A DNA stretch of 64,000 nt, from contig OX597819.1 of NCBI GenBank assembly GCA_951406725.2, positions 113,274,001-113,338,000 of the forward strand. The letters run 5' to 3'. Numbering within the stretch: position 1 is the first letter of the stretch; every line of letters starts with the position of its first letter. The stretch is from Octopus vulgaris (lineage: Eukaryota). A model generated the notes under the pieces. That model was not told the DNA's origin. It did no database searches and saw nothing but the letters and a program-made list of their open reading frames with translations. Position numbers and translations under genes: made by a program. Shown here piece by piece: positions 1 to 13,870 of this stretch.

Positions 1-1040
1 GAACCACATAGCGGTGATAAAACCAGACACCAAGGCGACAAAATAAGATTCCACAGAAAAAAAAAAAATTAAGAACGAAGAAAGAATTGCCAAAACCCAA
101 AACAACAACCAGTAAAATGGGTAGATGGGTAAGGTTGAGAGTCCTTCCTACCCTCCGCTACCAAAACCATTAGTGAATCACAGCTAGACACGTCGACATT
201 AAAGGGATAGAGTGTAAGAAAATATGGAAAAGTGTGAGAAAACGGTTGGATGGATGAGAAAGTAACGTTTTTTGTTGTTATTATTGTAGCCATAAGTAGA
301 CCCCAAATCGGGAATAGTTATAATCAAAGACATTCCAGATATGACCAACTGGTCCGAATTTCTATTATTCTTTTTTTTTCGGGCACCCTGAACCTCGGGC
401 TAAGCTATACAACTTGTCCTTTTGTAAGGTGGCTAGGGCAAGGTTTCAAGGAGAACTGGTCGCTATTTCTAATAGGCGGAGCAGCAATGTGGTTCAGTTT
501 ATGACAAAACTTAAACATTTCCTCCACCTACACCACCCTCGCTTGGTTTTATTTGATTCCGGAAATAAATTATAATCACTATTGCTTTAAAAAAAAATAT
601 GTTCTGAAGAATTGTTGCATCCAAACCGTCCGGGAGATGGTCTAAGCAAGGCTTCATACAAATACGTAAAAAATATTTACAAATATAAAACCAAAAACAA
701 AATCTATTTGTTTTAAAAAGTATCAGTAAAAGTTTCTTAACGTAAGGCTTTCTTGAGGAATGGCTTCAGTGCCAAATTCCAGCTACCTTGGTGCAAAACT
801 GTGATTTGGAACATACTGGCAGCAACTCGAATTCAGGTAATGCCATCGTTTGGTTGTTGTCTTAAATACGAGCACCAGAGACGTGACTATTCGGTCCTGC
901 TAGAGAACTACATTCTTTTGCACAGATGTGAAAACGATAAAGCGCCTCTCGCAGCTGGTATTCGGAGAACTTACTTCCACCCGCTCTGACGGGTTATTGC
1001 TTTCTTGATTTATGATGTGTTTGTTGTTTATAGTTACATT

Positions 1041-1250
1041 AAGGCGGCGAGCTGGCAGAATCGTTAGCACGCCGGACAAAATGCTTATCGCTATGTCACC
1101 CATCTTAATATTCTGAGTCCAAATTCCGCCAAAGTCGACTTTGTCTTTTATCCTTTTGAGGGGGATGGGGGGTCGAGGAAATAAGTACCTGTTGAGCACT
1201 ACCAGACTCCTCACCCAAAATTTCAGGACTTGTGCCTATAATAGAAAGAA
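1041..1250 (+). mobile_element. SINE family A (MetaSINE-like). Similar copies at about 4885-5085, 5220-5412, 6452-6645, 27395-27740 and 28940-29140
   Basis: Head AAGGCGGCGAGCTGGCAGAATCGTTAGCAC and a family central domain GCCTTTCATCCTTTCGGGGTCGATAAA..GTACCAG resembling the Meta domain. Confidence 0.75.
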
Positions 1251-1334
1251 TAATAGTATACCATACATTGAATCCGTCATAAGGGTTCTTATAGAGAGAT
1301 TTTGTTGCACGTGTATATATATATATATATATGT

Positions 1335-1373
<39 letters not shown>

Positions 1374-3429
1374 CAGACAGATGACCGGTTTATGAGGTTA
1401 ACCGGGGTTTCACGTACACACAGAGCTTAGCTTTACAGTGTTTCTGCTTAATCCTAAATCCGTTGACCTATGGCCTCTCTACACCAGCCATTTACTAGAG
1501 AGGCCTTAGGACAACGGGTTTAGGGTCTGAAAAAACGTTGTAAAGGTTAAGCACTTTATGGACGTGAAACCCCAGGTAACCCCATAAACCGGCCATATCT
1601 ATCTTTATCTATATCATCTATTGCTCTATAACTTAGAGTGTGCTTCTTTGTCGGATTTATGATTTACTGACACACAGAGGAAAGAGAGACTTTGTGTATG
1701 CACAGATATGTGTCAGTTTAGGTTTGCACCGGTCTAAAACTGGTATTGTTTATGCTGTCCCTTGTGGGTTCCGTGACGTGCGCAGTTCAACAAATAGGGT
1801 TCGATGGAATACGTACCGGACTGAAATAAGTACTGAGATCAATATGATCGCCTAAACCTTTGACGGCAATTCCACTGGGATCTTTTCTTTTTTCTGGTCT
1901 TTTGTTTGGTTAAAATAATTTGTTGTTTATGCCTGACCATTTTTTTCCGTGAAAAGCACAACGCTTGATTTAGTCATACCACTCCGCCAGACGTTCCTTC
2001 CATCACCTTTCATCTTAACCAGCTCTTTCCCTTTGCTCATACTTCACACCGCCTCTCACATCAACCAACTTTCTCTTAGCCCTATAACACACCTGCAGCC
2101 TACACCTCAATCTCTACGTATCGAGAGAAAGAAAAACAATATATACGAGTGGAAGAGAGAGAGAGGAGGAGAGAGAGAGAGAGAGAGAGAATATGAGTGA
2201 AGTGTTGAGAGAGGGAAAGAAAGCACAAAAATGGGTAACAAGTTTTCAGCGGAGAGAAAAGTGAAATAGTGAGAAAAGTTAAGAGAGTGGAGGGATGAAG
2301 TAAAAAGATTAAGAGATGGCTATAACGAAGAAATTAAATGGAAAGTGTGTGTGTATGTGTGTGTGTGAGAGAGAGAGAGAGAAAGAAAGAAAGAGTGTTA
2401 CCTTTTGGTATTTAAAACAGCCGGTGTTAAGGTTACTTAGTCGCTGGTTAAAGAATGTTAGTATCAAAGGACAGCTGTAGAATAAATTCCTACGTGTGTG
2501 GGTGGGTGTGTGTGCTGCAATATATGTATGAAATATAAATTTTGATATTTTAATAAATTCACATGATCATGGTTTAGTAAATAAATATATATTTGTTAAA
2601 TATTGCATACATACGCACACAGCGAAAGGTTGATAGTGACTTGGAATTTCGGCAGAGAAAACTGGGTTATAATTTCGTTGTGTGATTGTATGTGTATGTG
2701 TCCCTATATAAGTATTTTATTTATCGACGCTGGAAGGAAAAAATGTAAAGTTTACCTTGGCAGGGCTTGAACTCAGAACAAAAGTTATGGAATATTTCGT
2801 TCATCTCTTTGACGACTCCGCCAATTCGCTGCCTGTTGAAGAAGTCACTTACTTAGCCAATGAGCCGCGCCGTGGGATGGAGGTAAAAAGAATTTGGTTG
2901 CGCGTTATATCTCTTAACCTTTCGGCTATGTGTTCACAATTATAATCAATGGCAGGTACCGCACACAATTATACTACATCAATAACAAACACCCTCCTAC
3001 TTTCTTGTACACAGCAAATAGACATCTTGTAAGTAGGGCAATAAAATAGCAATACCAGAAAGGTCACTATCTCATCTGTTGACCGGAAGTAAAGAGTTCA
3101 ACTGTGAATCCTGACTGCCACTTGACTCTTCTTCAATGACAGAAGCAAACCACATGAATACTGGGTGCACTTTAAGCGATTGAGATTGGTCTTCGTTAAA
3201 TAAATAAATTTGAACTTTCGTTGAATGCTGAGTCGGCGACATGAGGAGGAGAAAGCAATGAAAACTACTAAAGAAGATAAAGAAAGGAATGAAATAAAAA
3301 GTATGAGAAGATAGGGATAAGGAGAGCAAAGAAGACAGTGAGAATAAAAAGCAAATGGCTGACATGATGGTGATGATAGTAATGATGATTACAAAATACG
3401 ATAAGAAAACAGAAAGCAAAAATGTGAGA

Positions 3430-4260
3430 CTAGACATTTCAAATCTTCTACGGTATTCTAAGTAGCTAAATGACATTATCAAGTCAAAACTCACTTCTTG
3501 TTTGTTCACCTCTATAGGTGTTTCTTCTGTCTACTTCTCCAGTTCTAAGGCCATTGTTACATTCTACCCATTTAATACTATAAAGGGAACACGTGCCGTA
3601 TAGAGAAGCCACGGTGGGCAGCGGTATTCGAGGTAAGACCGAGTAAGCATAGAGAAGAGAAAGATGGTCGCATCAGGATTTCTCTAAGACTGGAAAATTC
3701 TAAGGATCCAAGAGTTGACCATATTGATTTCACTGCTGACGCGTGCACGATTTGCTGTTGATAGTTACAGTAATTTATTGGACGCTACGATAAGCTCCCC
3801 TAAATAGAAAAAAATTATTCAGTTAAGTACCTTCTTTTTGCCAAAGTAGACGAGCGCATATTTTGCCATGTTATTCCTCTTGGAACTGTAACGCATAAAT
3901 CGGAGAGGAGTTCTGTTCGGCCACCTATTCCGTTGATAAGTTTCTGGAGCTTAGAGTTATCTGCAAAGATATTTATCTCACCGTTTCATAAAATTTACAA
4001 TGTCATTAATGCAAATAATAAAAGGAGAAGGTTCAACGCGGAACCCTAGGAAGCACTACTATAGACTTTTGCTGGTGTCGACGATTCTCTCTCGATCACA
4101 ACATGTCTCTTTTTCAGCGGATTTTTACGATCGCCTCTGGCAAAAACTTTAGTGAAATCAAAATATGACATTTGCATTGAAAGCCTTCACTCAAAGCCTT
4201 TAAAATGCCACTGCGAAACCTTTAAAGTGCTACCGCAAAAACTACACTGGTTGGAACCAA
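3430..4260 (-). pseudogene. Decayed LINE (CR1/L2/Jockey-like) reverse transcriptase remnant
   Basis: Degenerate motifs in the correct order on the - strand: YFDFTK (about 4150-4170), a PQGS..PLLF..IND-like segment (about 4000-4060) and IFAD (about 3960-3970). Confidence 0.55.
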
Positions 4261-6048
4261 GGATCTCTCTCTTTCTCTATCTATCTATCTATCTATCGCT
4301 TTGGTGTGGGGAACGAAACGTGCCCATGACTTTTGCTGGCTCTCCGAGACCAGTGAAATCGATAGGTAGCAAAAACCTACAGGTCACTCCTAGTCTTTCA
4401 GCCACACAACAACATGACATAGGTTAGTTCGTAGAGTTGACCTATTGGCTAAACGGCAAAAGTAAATACTTTTAAACACTTTCATATATAATCTGTGCTA
4501 ATTAGTAAAAATCTTATGGGCCCTGTCAAGTTTGAAGCAATATTCTTATCCTCGCCAACATTAGACGTTTCTGAGAGTCGTTTGTTCTTTAATATGTCCG
4601 CCTCCCTCCTCTCAAACACACAGAAAACACGATCAGTGTAAACAGTAAGTATTGTATATATATTTATCATAATAAATGTCTACATACGTCAATCAGCAAC
4701 AACAGCTACCGCAGCTGCCATGCTACATCACGATGAAGATGATAAATACATAACAAAAAGACTTAAGTGTGGGATAGTAAATTTGGGGATAAAAAAAAAT
4801 ATCGGTCATCTGGTACAGTGCCAGATTGACCTCCAGCTACAGTAGCAAATGATGAGTGATGGTAGTAATGGCTGTTGTCGTTAGGGCGGTAAATTGGTAG
4901 GATTGTTAGTGTCAGGGGGAAAAAATACTTGCTGTATTTCTTTTGTCTCTTTATGTTCTGAGTTCAAATCTCACTGAGGTCAACTTTACTTTTTATTTTT
5001 CCGGGGTCAATAAAGAACCAATCAAGTACAAAGGTGATCCGACTGTAGACCCCACCCCACCGAGTTTCTGACTTTGTGCCTATGGCATCATTATCATCAT
5101 TATTATTATCATAGTAGCAAACTATATTGTAGTTGATGTGGGCGGCGATGAAGATTATCATAATTATAAGTATTATTATAATCTTTATTTAGTTTCTCCT
5201 CCTCTTTGACCTGGTGATACAAAACATTTGGCAATATCTCTCTTTACGTTCTGAGATCAAATTCCACCGAGGTCGACTTCGCCTTTCATCCTTTCGTAGT
5301 CGATAAATTAAGTGCCAGTTACGTACTGGGGTCAATCTAATCGACTTTCCCCCTCCCCCAAAACTTCAGGCCTTGTGCCTAGAGTAAAGGCGGCGATCTG
5401 GCTGAATCGTTAACAGTGGTGTTGTTTTGCATTTATAATAAAATAAATATATACAAATTATAAAAATAATTTTTAAAAAATATACAGTACAATACCGTTT
5501 CTACTTCGCGGATTGTCACCTATCGCGGGGATTTTGGGACGTAACACCCGCGATAGTCGAGGGATGACTGAATATAGTTTGGTATGTTTTACTTTGGTAT
5601 TCTGTTGGATGTTTCTTTTTGTTTCCACCTAGTCTCCATCTAATTTTTCGTTCCCATAAAACTCTCTCAACCTTACAGTTTTCATTCTCCTTTAGTATAT
5701 CCAATAACACGTTACTTAAAACCAACTCCATAATTTGATCGTTTTGCCGTTCTGTTTTTACGTCACCTCTTCCGATTAATTAACACTTCTTGCCAACACG
5801 CACTAATACAGACAAGTTTAGGCTTGTCTTCATATGCACGATTGCTTTATCTTCATAAGCACGATCGTTTTGTAGCAGAACTGAATTCTGCTTAAGCAGT
5901 TGCATTTATTTTCGCATGTGATGTCATCAACATATTTATTTACAAGACCGATATTCACATAGACTGCACATTGATATGACCAACCCGTCGAACATTATCA
6001 TTTGTCGTGGGTGTGTATCTCTGTGTGAGTTCGCACGTTACGTTAGAG

Positions 6049-6381
6049 ATGAGGTTCTCAAACTTTTGGGCCACCCTCCGTCCCCTCATGGCCACAGAAT
6101 ACCCTCAGCGCCCTCACCCTTATTTTCAAGTATAAATAAATATTTTATATTTTACTAATTTATATATACTATGAATCATTTGATATGTAATATAATATCA
6201 TATAATTTGTATACAATACTACAATGATATAATAATTTCATAGCGTCCCTCATTCTACTGCCTTCCTCCCAACGCCTCCTTTTTCTCTACCGCCTCCTTT
6301 TTCTCTTAGGCACCAACACCCACATGGACCCTCTCGATGCGCACCGGGAGGGGATGATAGCGCCCACTTTAAGAACCTATG
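6049..6381. mobile_element. hAT (Charlie-like) MITE
   Basis: TIR-like ends ATGAGGTTCTCAAA / TTTAAGAACCTATG. Degenerate 8-bp TSD CGTTAGAG / TGTTAGGG with central TA. Confidence 0.55.
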
Positions 6382-6645
6382 TGTTAGGGCGTTCAACGAA
6401 TTTCAAGACCACAGCAAAGTTGGGTAGATAAATTTAGTAGAAAGGATTATTAGGCGAAAAGCTAGCAGAATCGTTAGCGCACCGGACTAAATGCTAAGCG
6501 GTATTTCGTGCGTCGCTACGTCCTGAGTTTAAATTCCGCCGAGGTCGACTTAACCTTTCATCCTTCCGTGGTCGATAAAATAATTTAAACATTGGAGTCG
6601 ATGCTCCTCCCCCAAAACCATTGCCCTTGTGGCACAATTTAAAAC

Positions 6646-6680
<35 letters not shown>

Positions 6681-6682
<2 letters not shown>

Positions 6683-7149
6683 GAGTGAGAGAGCAGTGCA
6701 TGCCATCAAAGTGACACTGAGGTAAAATATATGGGTAAAATATACCCATCATGACAACCCGTCTGATAAGGGTACACCAGGCACATGCATCATAACCATG
6801 CGCTACATGGCGATCTCATATCAAAATAAACAGCGCATGACCTTGCAGGTGGGGCCCAGTTAGAATTTTCTTCAGGTCGAGTAACCCATCCCTCTCAAAA
6901 GGTCCCTGAATAAGAGTTGTTTAAGGATGTTGAACGAAACACCCATGTTTCCAGAGGTGAATTATTCAAACCCCAAAGAATCCCTCTCAACACACGGCTA
7001 TGATACTCCCCCACTACTTCTGCTCGTGATCAGAGATGCCAGCCACTAAGGGACATGCTCAACTGGTTAAGGTCAAACAACTGACAAGCAAATCTGTGGT
7101 ATTGAGCAGAATATTTGCTGTAGCCCATCTTTTATACCAAGACAAAACA

Positions 7150-7150
<1 letters not shown>
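6681..7150. mobile_element. Interspersed repeat family C embedded in (TTA)n. Other copies at 44361-44915 and 52933-53152
   Basis: Three highly similar copies (GCATGCCATCAAAGTGACACTG...CCAAGACAAAACA), each ending at (TTA)n. Confidence 0.85.
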
Positions 7151-7189
<39 letters not shown>

Positions 7190-7689
7190 CACTATTATAC
7201 TATTACTATTTACAGTAAAAAATTACGACTTATCGCGGAGTTTATACGGTACATCATCTGCTATGGAGAGGGCACACATAGAAGATAGTTCAACGGTGTC
7301 GTATCACGTACGACATACCATCGAGCGCTTTAAGCAGCATTGACATTAGTTTCAGAATATATCGTCCTCTTTGCTCGCCACACATCACTCCTGACAAGCA
7401 CAAACAAACAAACAAACGAACAAGCAACATATATTACGTATTGACATACACACCAGAACCAAGTTTTATCACATCTACGTTTTCCCACATCTCTCAAAAT
7501 ATCACAAGCTGGCAACTTCATAGCTCTTACTCTTTCTTTCTTTGTACTCCTCTCTCCCCTTCTCTCTCTCTCTCTCTAGACGTTACTAGCACGAGCCAGC
7601 ACTACTGTTAGTAAACGCTCCTACTCTTATCAAAAGTGAGTCTCTATTTGGTCACTCAACTTGCTAGAAAGTGTAGCCAAATATCTATA

Positions 7690-8088
7690 GGCGCAGGAGT
7701 GGCTGTGTGGTAAGTAGCTTGCTTACCAACCTCATAGTCATGGGTTCAGTCCCACTGCGTGGCATCTTGGGCAAGTGTCTTCTACTATAGCCTTGGATCG
7801 ACCAAAACCTTGTGAATGGATTTGGTAGACGGAAACTAAAAAGAAGCCCGTCGTATATATGTACATATATGTGTGTTTGTGTGTCTGTGTCTGTGTTTGT
7901 CGCCCCAACATCGCCTGACAACCGATGCTAGTGTGTTTACGTCCTCGTAACTTAGCGGTTCGGCAAAAGAGACCGATAGAAAAAGTACTAGGCTTACAAA
8001 GAATAAGTCCTGGGGTCGATTTGCTCGACTAGAGGCGGTGCTCCAGCATGGCCGCAGTCAAATGACTGAAACAAGTAAAAGAATAAAA
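7690..8088 (+). mobile_element. tRNA-derived SINE family B (CORE-like), full length
   Basis: A-box-like TGGCTGTGTGG, B-box-like GGTTCAGTCCC, then TCTTGGGCAAGT, an internal (TG/TA)n and the tail GAAACAAGTAAAAGA. Many copies in the window. Confidence 0.85.
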
Positions 8089-8144
8089 CAAATATCCTTC
8101 AATTATTCCCTGCCCGCCTTAAATAATGTATGAAAGCACCTACA

Positions 8145-8700
8145 AGACCTACTACCACCACAGCTAGTACCATTACTACTACTGTTATTGCCTCACCTAT
8201 ACTACAATCATACAAACACTACCACTAAATTACCACAATCACCACCACAACAACTACAACCAATACCACCACCATCAGTACTACATTCGCTATTACTACA
8301 TCTACTACCACAGCTTTCTACTGCTACTACTACCACCACAACTAGTACCATTACTACTACTGTTATTGCCTCACCTATACTACAATCATAAAAACACTAC
8401 CACTACATTACCACAATCACCACCACAACTACAACCAATACCACCACCATCAGTACTACATTCGCTATTACTATAGCTACCACCACAAATTTCTACTGCT
8501 ACTACTACCATCACAACTAGTACCATTACTACTACTACTGTTATTACCTTACCTATACTACAATTATACAAACACTACCACTACATTACCACAACCACCA
8601 CCACCACAACTGCAACCAATACCACCATCATTAGTACTACATTCGTTATTACTACATCTACTACCACCGCAACACCTCTCACTACTCATCCGCCACCACA
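8145..8700. repeat. About three tandem ~190-bp ACT/ACC-rich units
   Basis: CTAGTACCATTACTACTACTGTTATT..ACCTATACTACAAT recurs at about 8164, 8342 and 8517. Confidence 0.8.
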
Positions 8701-8853
8701 CTACTGTAACTCTCACTACTCCCACGGTCATCACAATATTCAATATTTTCGACAACCACCTCAGCATTTCAACAAACACTATCACAGGCACTCTCTCTCT
8801 CTCTCTTTCACTCTTTCTCTTTTACTCTCTCTCTCTCTCGCTCGCGCTCTCTC

Positions 8854-8889
<36 letters not shown>

Positions 8890-9056
8890 TCAAAGGCTAC
8901 TTCAACACCAACGTCAAGACCATGACACTTGCGGAAGCTGATCAGGTCAAAAGTATCAACCACAACACCTCCAACACACACACACACAAGCAGCACGAGT
9001 AAAGTGTCCCCTCTTACAAAGAGCATCATGGAAAGTACATACTTCCATGCCCACCC

Positions 9057-9091
<35 letters not shown>

Positions 9092-9457
9092 TTACATATA
9101 CACACGCACAACTACACACACATTGATACCCTCCTGTAACCTGAACCCCTTCCCCCTCTGTATCTCCCTCTCTTTATCCTCACAGCACTCACCCTCACAT
9201 CCCTCGTCCCTGGAACACTTTAATACTCAGAGCACATATCGCTCTGCTCGCTCCCTCCTCCCCTCCCCTCCCCCCGATCTTGGTGGACAGTTTTCTACGA
9301 TTTTCCATATAGTTCAAGAGCGTGTCAAAGTGTTGATGATCGTCTGAATTATATTTCTCCTATTCCACTTGAAATTTTTTCTCTGCTGAAATATAAATAC
9401 ATTTTATGACAACCTACCAACGTATACACCCACTTCTCATATACACACACATACGCA

Positions 9458-9782
9458 CACGGGACTCGGCTGAAAAATTCATGGGTGACCAAGATGTTCT
9501 CATGGAATGTGATCAAATGAGGTTTGTTTTTCAGTATAGTTACCCTTGCAGTCCACACATCTCTCCGATCGGTGTTGCAGTACTTGGATCTCATGGGTGA
9601 AGAAAATAAGAAGCCTTCCTCTTGTACGAGAAGTTGCTACTAGTTACTTTTGAAGTCAGTTTACCTGGAAAGAAACAATGCAGTTATTAATAAGAAGTGT
9701 TGAAATTAATGCATGCGAAATTTCACAGCTCTAGCATAAATCCTTCATAGTCAGCCAATGAACTTTTCAGCCTACCGTCGTA
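9458..9782. mobile_element. Mariner-type MITE
   Basis: TIRs GGCTGAAAAATTCATGGGTGAC / GTCAGCCAATGAACTTTTCAGCC, ending CGTA next to a TA run. Confidence 0.6.
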
Positions 9783-9802
9783 TATATATATATATATATA
9801 TA

Positions 9803-10021
9803 CAGTAATTCCTCGCCATATCGCGGTTCACTTATCACGGTTTATTATTTAAGCCTACGTCGATTTCTCAGTGGTGTTGTTTTACATTTATAATAAAATA
9901 AATATATACAAATTAGAAAAATGATATTAAAAAATTTACTGTACTGTTTTCTACTTCGCGTATTTTCACCTATCGCGGGGTTTTTTGGAACGTAACGCCC
10001 GCGATGGTCGAGGGATTACTC
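9803..10021. mobile_element. Tigger/pogo-like MITE (partial second copy at 5414-5570)
   Basis: TA|CAGTAATTCCTCGCCATATCGCG ... CGCGATGGTCGAGGGATTACT TIRs. The right half aligns with 5414-5570. Confidence 0.65.
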
Positions 10022-11838
10022 TGTGTGTGTGTGTGTGTATAATACAAAATGGGATAAGGACGCAAAGCATCCGGACAGCTAGGTGATACAAAAAGGGACA
10101 ACAAAATCCAGATAGACGATACAAAGAAAACAAGGACGGGTCATTCGAAATTTTTTTTTCTCAGTCAAGCACCAGATTATCCTCGCATTTTCGGCTGATT
10201 ATTTTTGAGATTGCTCCAATCTGACCAGCCCAAGGAAAAACTAAGCTAAGAGCATTAGACTCCTTGGAAGAAAGCAGCGAATGTATACAAAAACAAGGAC
10301 GGAAAAAAAAAAACGGACAATGTTACACAAATATAAATACAATAAAAAATACAATAAAAATAAAGCTTAATTCAATTCGTCCTTAGTCGAAAGACACCTG
10401 TTATGTCCTGTTATTATTTTTATTGTATTTTTATAGCATTTATATTTGTGTAAGGATTTTTTGTTTTGTTTTTGTTATTTTGTTTTTCGAGAGTTTTTGA
10501 TCAAGGGTGTTCCTGTATTCTATAAGCTTTTGATCAAGGGTGTTCCTATATTCTATAAGTATATGAACCAAATATATTTTGATTTTAAATTCCAGTTTTA
10601 ATTGTAATTACGGTGATTCGAGCATTCTCGAAAATATCTTTTACAACGCAAATCGAACGATTACAGATCTGAACTCAGGCTAAACAACAAAAATAACAAT
10701 AATTAATTTGCACGAATTTCTGTAAAATTTTTCACAAAGCTTTATAAATATTAAAAATACAATAAATTTACTGCAACAAAACTAAAAGAAAAATTATAAT
10801 TAACCAATAGTGTGGCGCTGTGAATGCAATACCGAAAAAACAAATAACAATAGGGAGGTGGTTATTCGTTGACAGACAGCACCCTTTCTGATACGTCCAG
10901 CAATTCTCGTTGCTAATTCTTCTGACCAAGTTGCACGCAAACTTTTGGTTTCAGTACAATTTCATAGAGAGAATTGACAGGGTGGTGTTTTTATAGCCCA
11001 GTTGGACATCGACTGTTGTCGCACGGCCATCTGTCCCCCACGTGTCTAGTCGACGGGTGAGGCTATTTCTGTAGTAAATACATCTGTCACCCAGAAAATA
11101 CATCTATAGTAACTACATCTGTCACCTCACCAATGATGTTACCATAATAGTATGTACAGCTACATCCCACGTGTTTAGTTGACTGTTCTATCAGTCTTGT
11201 CACTTTATTTGGTCTTATATTTCTCCTCCTATATCTTCTCTTTCTCTCACAATCTTTCTACCAGTGTGTATGTGTGTATGGAGGCATGTGGCTTAGTGGT
11301 TAAGGTGCTTAGCTTTAGATCGCGGGTTCAATTCCCGGATTGGGCGTTATGCTGTACTCTGGAGCAAGGCACTTCATTTTAACGTTGCTCTAATTTTTAC
11401 CGGTGTTATGTTTATGATGCCACTGTGTTTTATCTTCCATACTCTATACAGTGCTGTTTCATTTTTCTGTTTTCAATTGCTATAAACAATAGCTAATATG
11501 CGTTATACGTATATGTACATTGTGTGTGTGTGTGTGTGCACGCGAGTGTTGGTTCTTTGTTTATTTCCGAAAAGTATATTCATAAGTACAAGAGAGAGAG
11601 AAAGTAAGGAGTCGGAGAAGGCTTCGTCTTCAAGCCTAACAAAAAACAAAAAGCAACAAAAAAAAAAAATAGACTCCTTCACATTTTAAATGTCAAATAC
11701 CACAGAGAGAAATTATGCATGGCAAAATTGACAGTTTCCGGGTTCCGAAGTGGAGTCTTTCCAAAATTCAAGGGAACTGTAGGGTATTTTTTTTAGGGAA
11801 AATCCCGTCAAATAATCGGGATTCTACCCCTTTCTTAT

Positions 11839-12117
11839 AGTCCCCTTATCCAATACATCACGAACCCAACAAAACTTAATGTGTACTGCTCACATATCTG
11901 AGACACTGGCCCTAAAACTCATACAACTGTTGCTAACTGCATCCAAATATGCCATCTTTCTAAAAACCAAGTCCCCTTATCCAATACATCACGAACCCAA
12001 CAAAACTTAATGTGAACCTCTTAATGTGTACTGCTCACATATCTGAGACACTGGCCCTAAAACTCTCATACAACTGTTGCTAACTGCATCCAAATAGGCC
12101 ATCTTTCTAAAAACCAA
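11839..12117. repeat. Recent ~131-bp tandem duplication
   Basis: AGTCCCCTTATCCAATAC...TCTAAAAACCA occurs twice. The second copy has a 14-nt micro-duplication/insertion. Confidence 0.9.
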
Positions 12118-12921
12118 GATTCACATTCTCAATTATCAAAAGCTTACAGGCGCACTATTTTCTCTCGCGCTGTCTCATTTTACTGATACTTTAACGGTTT
12201 TTGCTCCTCGTAACTAATTATCGATTCCATCAAATCCATCTGAATATACTTACGACTTTTTTTTTCTGTCTCCTCTATTGTTTCTCAACATCCAAATCTC
12301 ACACTGAACATTCGTTTTATCCTTCCTTCTAGAATGTCACTATTTGGAATTACCTGACGCTGCAGCTATTGTTGTTGTTATTGTATAATCCAGAATCAGT
12401 TTTGGTCAAATGCATTCAAGCCATGACCATCCCGTCTTTCAAAAGCACAGTGCACTCAGAACCTGTATAATCCAAGACATTAGGGTGTAATTTGAAAGAT
12501 TAGGCTATTTCTGGCTGTTTGTGTGACCAGATAGAAACTTCCATACAGACGCTAACCTACAGGTATCCGAAAGGTTGCATAAACCGATCTGATCTCGTAT
12601 GTCGAAGGGGGTTGCAGCAAAATTTATCACAAACGATTTTTTAAAGAAATCGTGTGTGCGTGCTTATATATTTGACCTACACAACGACTTGACAACCAGT
12701 GTACATTTATTTACGTTCCCGTAACTTAGCGGTTCGGTAAAAAGACCGATAGAATAAGCACTAAGACTTAAAATAAGAACTGTAGTTGAATTGTTCGACT
12801 AAAATCCAACAAGGCAGTGCTTCAGCATGGCCGCAGCCTAATGGCTGAAACAAGTAAAAGAGAGAAAAAATTAATAAATCGTCATTTTCTTATTTCATTT
12901 TCCTTTGTTCTTTTCTTACAG

Positions 12922-13122
12922 CCGTTGATTGCTACGTCAGCCAGTGGACAGAATGGAACTGCGGTGATTCCTGCATTCATGGGGTTCAAATACGAGAGAG
13001 GCAAGTTTCAGTAAAGCCTGCTCATGGAGGCAAAGAATGTCCAGCATTAAAACAGAAGCGTGTCTGCCGCGGTGAAGCTTGCGACATGCAGAGAGTTGAC
13101 AAGCAACGCCAAGAGTTATCAG
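12922..13122 (+). CDS. SBSPON: SBSPON-like gene, internal exon encoding a spondin-type thrombospondin type-1 (TSP1) repeat
   Basis: Acceptor ttttcttacag|, donor |gtaaga, 201 nt, phase 1/1. Translates to VDCYVSQWTEWNCGDSCIHGVQIRERQVSVKPAHGGKECPALKQKRVCRGEACDMQRVDKQRQELS: six Cys, WxxW, RxR and GGxxCP, typical of spondin TSRs. This frame is not in the ORF track. Confidence 0.9.
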
Positions 13123-13157
13123 GTAAGACTTCGCTCCTTCATTTGCACATATCATGT

Positions 13158-13800
13158 ATCATCATCATCATCATCATCATTTAGCGTCCGCTTTCCATGC
13201 TAGCATGGGTTGGACGGTTCAACTGGGGTCTGGGAAGCCAGAAGGCTGCACCAGGACCAGTCTGATCTGGCAATGTTTCTACGGCTGGATGCCCTTCCTA
13301 ACACCAACCACTCCGTGAGTGTAGTGGGTGCTTTTTACGTGCCACCGGCACAGGTGCCAGACGGGCTAGCAGACGGCCACGGTCGGATGGTGCTTTTTAC
13401 GTGCCACCGGCACGGGGGCCAGGCGTGGCTGGCAACGGCCACGGTCGGATTGTGCTTTTTTACGTGCCACCGGCACGGAGGCCCGTCGGGACGGCGCTAT
13501 ATAAATCTATATTGTTTCATTTCGTTGTTACTGAATCACCAAAAGATAGGCTCTAGTTGCCCAGTACCATGCTGCATTCTAATGCTTATTACCTGGGCGG
13601 TCATCGTCATCACCAATATCATCATTTGACGTCCGTTTTCCATGCTGGCATGGGTTGGACGTTTTGACTAGAGTTAGCAAACAGGAAAACTATATCAGGT
13701 TCCAGTCTGATTTGGCTTGGTTTCTACAGCAGGATGCCTTTCCTAACGTCTGCTACTTTACTAAATTTGCTGGGTGCTTTTTACGTGGGACCAGCACGGG
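13158..13800 (-). mobile_element. SINE-like family D with (GAT)n tail (RTE-like 3' end), two copies
   Basis: (CAT)n..CGTCCGCTTTCCATGC..GGATGCCCTTCCTAAC with internal TTTTACGTGCCACCGGCAC sub-repeats. Confidence 0.75.
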
Positions 13801-13870
13801 TGATCTATAAGAATATGAAGAGTAACTAAGTAATGTCTTAAGCTGTATTTGTAAATGTCTTATGTATGTA

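Noticed and set aside
758-836. Possible upstream SBSPON exon ending at CAG|GTAATG
   Set aside because: The translation lacks a signal peptide or somatomedin-B cysteine pattern, and the acceptor is weak.
7690-7760. tRNA-like A/B boxes here and in other SINE heads
   Set aside because: No cloverleaf or acceptor stem; they continue into SINE bodies, so they are not tRNA genes.
8145-8791. Thr/Pro-rich ORFs
   Set aside because: They derive from the ACT/ACC tandem repeat and contain frameshifts between units.
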